The notes beneath the pieces were generated by a model. That model saw only the letters and a list, made by a program, of their open reading frames with translations. It ran no database searches and was not told the DNA's origin. A stretch of DNA of 62,273 nt, filler included, from Globobulimina sp. (lineage: Eukaryota), in assembly GCA_003354225.1 (NCBI GenBank). It is 20 parts of 20 records of this genome, joined end to end, with 100 filler letters (N's around TTAATTAATTAA, not from the genome) between each part and the next. Parts side by side here need not be neighbours in the genome. Positions count along the whole stretch, not along the records: positions 59,257 to 62,273 come from PIVH01004008.1; 19 more parts are not named here. One strand, 5' to 3'. The translations under genes were made by a program, and so were the position numbers. The stretch's first letter is position 1. Each line of letters opens with the position of its first letter. Shown one piece after another: positions 59,157-62,273 of the stretch.

Positions 59157-59256
59157 NNNNNNNNNNNNNNNNNNNNNNNNNNNNNNNNNNNNNNNNNNNN
59201 TTAATTAATTAANNNNNNNNNNNNNNNNNNNNNNNNNNNNNNNNNNNNNNNNNNNN

Positions 59257-59739
59257 TTCAATATCAAACTGTCGCTGTGTTAATGTGTCGCCTCTACCAC
59301 TTAACACCGCCAATTTATTCCATACAATCGAGGCATATTTTCGCATGGAAAACTCTGACGATGTACGTTTCATCAAACTGGAGGTACGCCGGTGTTTAGC
59401 GCGCAAATTGATTAATGTGTTGGTGTCCATATCTCCAAAGGGAGTGGTGATGGAATCTGAAGACTTATGATGAGCGAATGGAGTGTTATTGGAGGTTATG
59501 GTCGTTATGCCGGTGTAATCAGTGAGTGTCAATGCCTCTGTATCTTCTGATATCTCTTGTAAATTTAGTGAGATATCTGCATTTAGTGCATTATGTGTCG
59601 GTGTTTTAGCCTCATTTTCAGCCACTATCAACGCCAACTGTTGTGATGATATAAAAGGAAGGTCTGGGAAGCCCGCATTGTTTATGTTGATTGCAGACTG
59701 GTTATCAATTAAGCGCACTTTGGACGGAACTATGTACAT
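59257..59739 (-). CDS. Hypothetical protein exon, 3' partial; upstream frames interrupted
   Basis: Open frame of ~160 codons; upstream GTGAAT...CATAG intron-like segment. Confidence 0.4.
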
Positions 59740-60111
59740 ATTTGAGACAGGAAATATGTTTATGTACGTTGCAAAAACATGTAGTTACATTCACCTGCTT
59801 TTACTTTTTTAAGTAATCTTCGTGTTCTCTGCATTTGTGTTGTTGCTGTGTTATAATTGTATGGGTCATATTTGATGTATACTCAACGCGATAAACTGTA
59901 TATAAATGTTTTTTATAAACGCGTTTCTGACTGTTTTGGTGAATTAGAAGTGCTTTTTGTTGCTAAACTGTCGTTTGTGTTGACCGAAGATTCGAGGGAT
60001 GCATAGAATGTCGCATTGAGTGAGGCGGAATCTTTTTGTTTTGATTTGTTGCCGTTTCTGCCTCTGCCAAATACATGAATTAATTCTCCTGTGTTTTATT
60101 GTTGTGTATCA

Positions 60112-60453
60112 TTAGAATGTAAACAATTTGTATATAAATATACGAAAATAACGTTTTCTTTTTTTGGATATAGTTAATTGACCAGCTTCATATAGTTTTA
60201 ATACATCTGGCTTATACCAACCAAACTTTTTAAACCAAAACATAGGAAAAGATTCTAATGTCTCACGGTCTAAATATTCGCCGGGCATCCAACGCAAATG
60301 AAAGACACTCATATCATATCCCAAGTCTTTGACTGTTTTTAATAATATTCTATGTCTTTCGATTTTGCTCAGTGCTTTGGATTTCCCCCTTTCTTTTAAT
60401 TTTGATTTCGGCCTAGCCATGGTTGAACGCGCTCGTTTACGTTCTGTTGCCAT
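60112..60453 (-). CDS. Small basic hypothetical protein
   Basis: MATERKRAR..., 113 codons. Confidence 0.45.
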   Translation of the reverse strand: MATERKRARSTMARPKSKLKERGKSKALSKIERHRILLKTVKDLGYDMSVFHLRWMPGEYLDRETLESFPMFWFKKFGWYKPDVLKLYEAGQLTISKKRKRYFRIFIYKLFTF

Positions 60454-60552
60454 TGTTTCAAATAAAATAATACAAAAACTTAACAAAAAAACACTAAGGA
60501 AATCCTGGCCTTTTCAAAGCACGGGAAAAGCGATAGTTTAACATCTGTCTAT

Positions 60553-61701
60553 GTGCTTTCAAGAGCAATACTAACCGAAAACTCAGAAATCAGTCCAGAT
60601 GAAACACGTGATATGAGAAAAGAATATCTGGCAATTGCGGATGATAAAGCGAGTTCATTCCACACAAAAAAAGAAAATATGTATAATCAGATTATTGTGC
60701 CGGTCTACAATTTATTAAGTTTACAACCACAGTTTCATTCATTCACAATCCAAGTGATTGATAAAATGGCCAAGAAAATGAGAAATCACACTGCCAACAA
60801 TAGAGTTACATGTTTTGGGCGATGGAGAGATAACGACGTATATTTATCAGGCAATCATAAAATATCTCGCATTCAGGGCTATATGTTTATTGCTGGCGAT
60901 AAGATTATATTTTTAGATGTTTGGAGTATTTCGGGCACCGTAACAATGCAAAGGAGCAACAGTTTGAAAGCTCGCATATCCACAACGCCAAAACAAAGAA
61001 ATGTTTTAATGTTTGATAAAACCGAAATAATTCATTTAAATGTTGCTAAATGTATTGATATTGTAATTATTCCACAAACGGCAATTAAAAAATCATTAAA
61101 AGTCTTTGAAATTTATCAATGTATGAAACAGATTAAAAAATCATATGTTGATGAACAGAAAATGAATGATGGCGATCATAATAATAAAAAAAAGAAAGAT
61201 AAGAAATTAAGTAAAAAGAAACAAGAATTTAAGAATTGGATATGTAATGAATTGGAGTTAACGGAATATTATCCCTTATTTGTTAGCAATGGCTTTGATG
61301 ATATTGACGTTGTTCAATTATTAAACGATTCCGATTTGAAAGAGTTAGGAATTGAGAAGAAAGGGAGTCGCATGAAAGTAATGTTATACTCTAAAAAATT
61401 GGGACAATTGCAAGAAAATAATACAATGAACGACAACGATAATGATACTGATGAATATACGATGGAAGGCGCAAATACTTCACTTAGTACAATGCGTGAA
61501 AATGATATTTTAGAATGGGTGGATAGTATTAATTTGTCAGAACAATGGAAAGAAATTGCAACAAATGCAATAAAAAAAGGAAAATATGATGGTAAAGATA
61601 TTAAGAGATTAGAATCTGGTAAAGATGTTTCTGAATTATTGGACATTCAAAATCCAATGTTATGCAGTAGATTGTGGAAGGAAATCAAAAAAATAAAATA
61701 A
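60553..61701 (+). CDS. FHA-SAM-SAM protein (first ATG at 60613)
   Basis: FHA-like FGR...ND......ISRIQ...LDVWSISGT. SAM NWI..LELTEYYPLFVSNGFDD...DLKELGI.KKG.RMK, then a second SAM-like segment. Confidence 0.7.
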   Translation: MLSRAILTENSEISPDETRDMRKEYLAIADDKASSFHTKKENMYNQIIVPVYNLLSLQPQFHSFTIQVIDKMAKKMRNHTANNRVTCFGRWRDNDVYLSGNHKISRIQGYMFIAGDKIIFLDVWSISGTVTMQRSNSLKARISTTPKQRNVLMFDKTEIIHLNVAKCIDIVIIPQTAIKKSLKVFEIYQCMKQIKKSYVDEQKMNDGDHNNKKKKDKKLSKKKQEFKNWICNELELTEYYPLFVSNGFDDIDVVQLLNDSDLKELGIEKKGSRMKVMLYSKKLGQLQENNTMNDNDNDTDEYTMEGANTSLSTMRENDILEWVDSINLSEQWKEIATNAIKKGKYDGKDIKRLESGKDVSELLDIQNPMLCSRLWKEIKKIK

Positions 61702-61733
61702 ATTAATATTTATTGATTGTGTTTTTGTGACTG

Positions 61734-62273
61734 TCATAATTGAATATATTCCAAAACTTTGGCTGCCTTTGCTTTTGCAGCTATTTCAAAGCAACTATTT
61801 CCATCTGCATTTTTTCCATTTAATAACTTGGTAATATCTGTTTTAGAAAGTTGTTTAAATATTGTTTCGATCATTGTTAAATTGTCATCATTTTGGCATA
61901 ATTTCATCAATATTGTTTCGTTTTTTCTGTTCTTTGCTGACATTAAATCCAATTTAACATCAACCAAACTTTCCAAAATAAACGAAACAAGCTCAGTATT
62001 ACCATTTAAAACAGAAATCATAAAACAATTATTCCCCAAAACATAATCATCATCAAAATATTTACCATCTTCCTCTTCCTTTTCCTCTTTCTCCTCATAA
62101 TCATTTGATTTTATTTCCGTCTCACTCTTCTTCAAAAATAATGACATGTTTCTCTTGGTTGTCAACAATAAATTTAATCTGTCTTTATTTTGAACAAAAC
62201 AATGATCAAATAACTGTTTGAATACTTGATAATCGCCAAAAGTACACATTGTGCAAATTACATTTGTTTTGTA
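61734..62273 (-). CDS. Ankyrin-repeat protein C-terminus, 5' partial
   Basis: GNNCFMISVLNGNTELV, KNRKNETILM, KNADGNSCFEIAA. Confidence 0.72.
   Translation of the reverse strand, partial: YKTNVICTMCTFGDYQVFKQLFDHCFVQNKDRLNLLLTTKRNMSLFLKKSETEIKSNDYEEKEEKEEEDGKYFDDDYVLGNNCFMISVLNGNTELVSFILESLVDVKLDLMSAKNRKNETILMKLCQNDDNLTMIETIFKQLSKTDITKLLNGKNADGNSCFEIAAKAKAAKVLEYIQL

Noticed and set aside
3022-59256. Regularly spaced TTAATTAATTAA as a biological repeat, CRISPR array or telomere; uniform ~3-kb units as nanochromosomes
   Set aside because: The motif is always centred in N runs and gives six-frame stops. Genes are cut at the edges and lengths are simply sorted. It is a concatenation artefact.
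1-62273. rRNA, tRNA or CRISPR loci
   Set aside because: None recognised by eye. A tRNAscan or Infernal run would be needed to exclude small RNAs.

Overview
This window is not one locus. It is 20 unrelated contigs of 3021-3017 bp, sorted by decreasing length and joined by 19 identical 100-nt artificial spacers (N44-TTAATTAATTAA-N44), so no gene neighbourhood across a spacer is meaningful. The DNA is eukaryotic: AT-rich, gene-dense, standard genetic code, with short (52-92 nt) spliceosomal introns. The gene families suggest a protist, most plausibly a foraminiferan/rhizarian (inference). Recognisable genes are Spt6, TFIIH p62, three RCC1-repeat genes, a REJ-domain surface protein, PH-PH-DEP, a mitochondrial carrier, an SDR, an SNM1-type nuclease, TMEM120, serine carboxypeptidase S10, GH38 alpha-mannosidase, LMF2, and ankyrin and SAM proteins. 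One contig is entirely a non-LTR retrotransposon RT-RNase H ORF. The most interesting candidates are: an unannotated protein with ADP-ribosyltransferase-like motifs; a recurring N-terminal LLVxGYxR...I motif fused to different substrate-binding domains (possible ubiquitin-ligase adaptor); a DEP domain fused to a bacterial-type MerA-like reductase; a ParA-type ATPase; a tandem-repeat cyclic-nucleotide K+ channel; 7TM-RGS and MATH-SET fusions; two MITE-like foldback elements; a GC-AG intron; very short intergenic spacers; and several decayed gene copies. All domain calls come from motifs read by eye, with no database searches.
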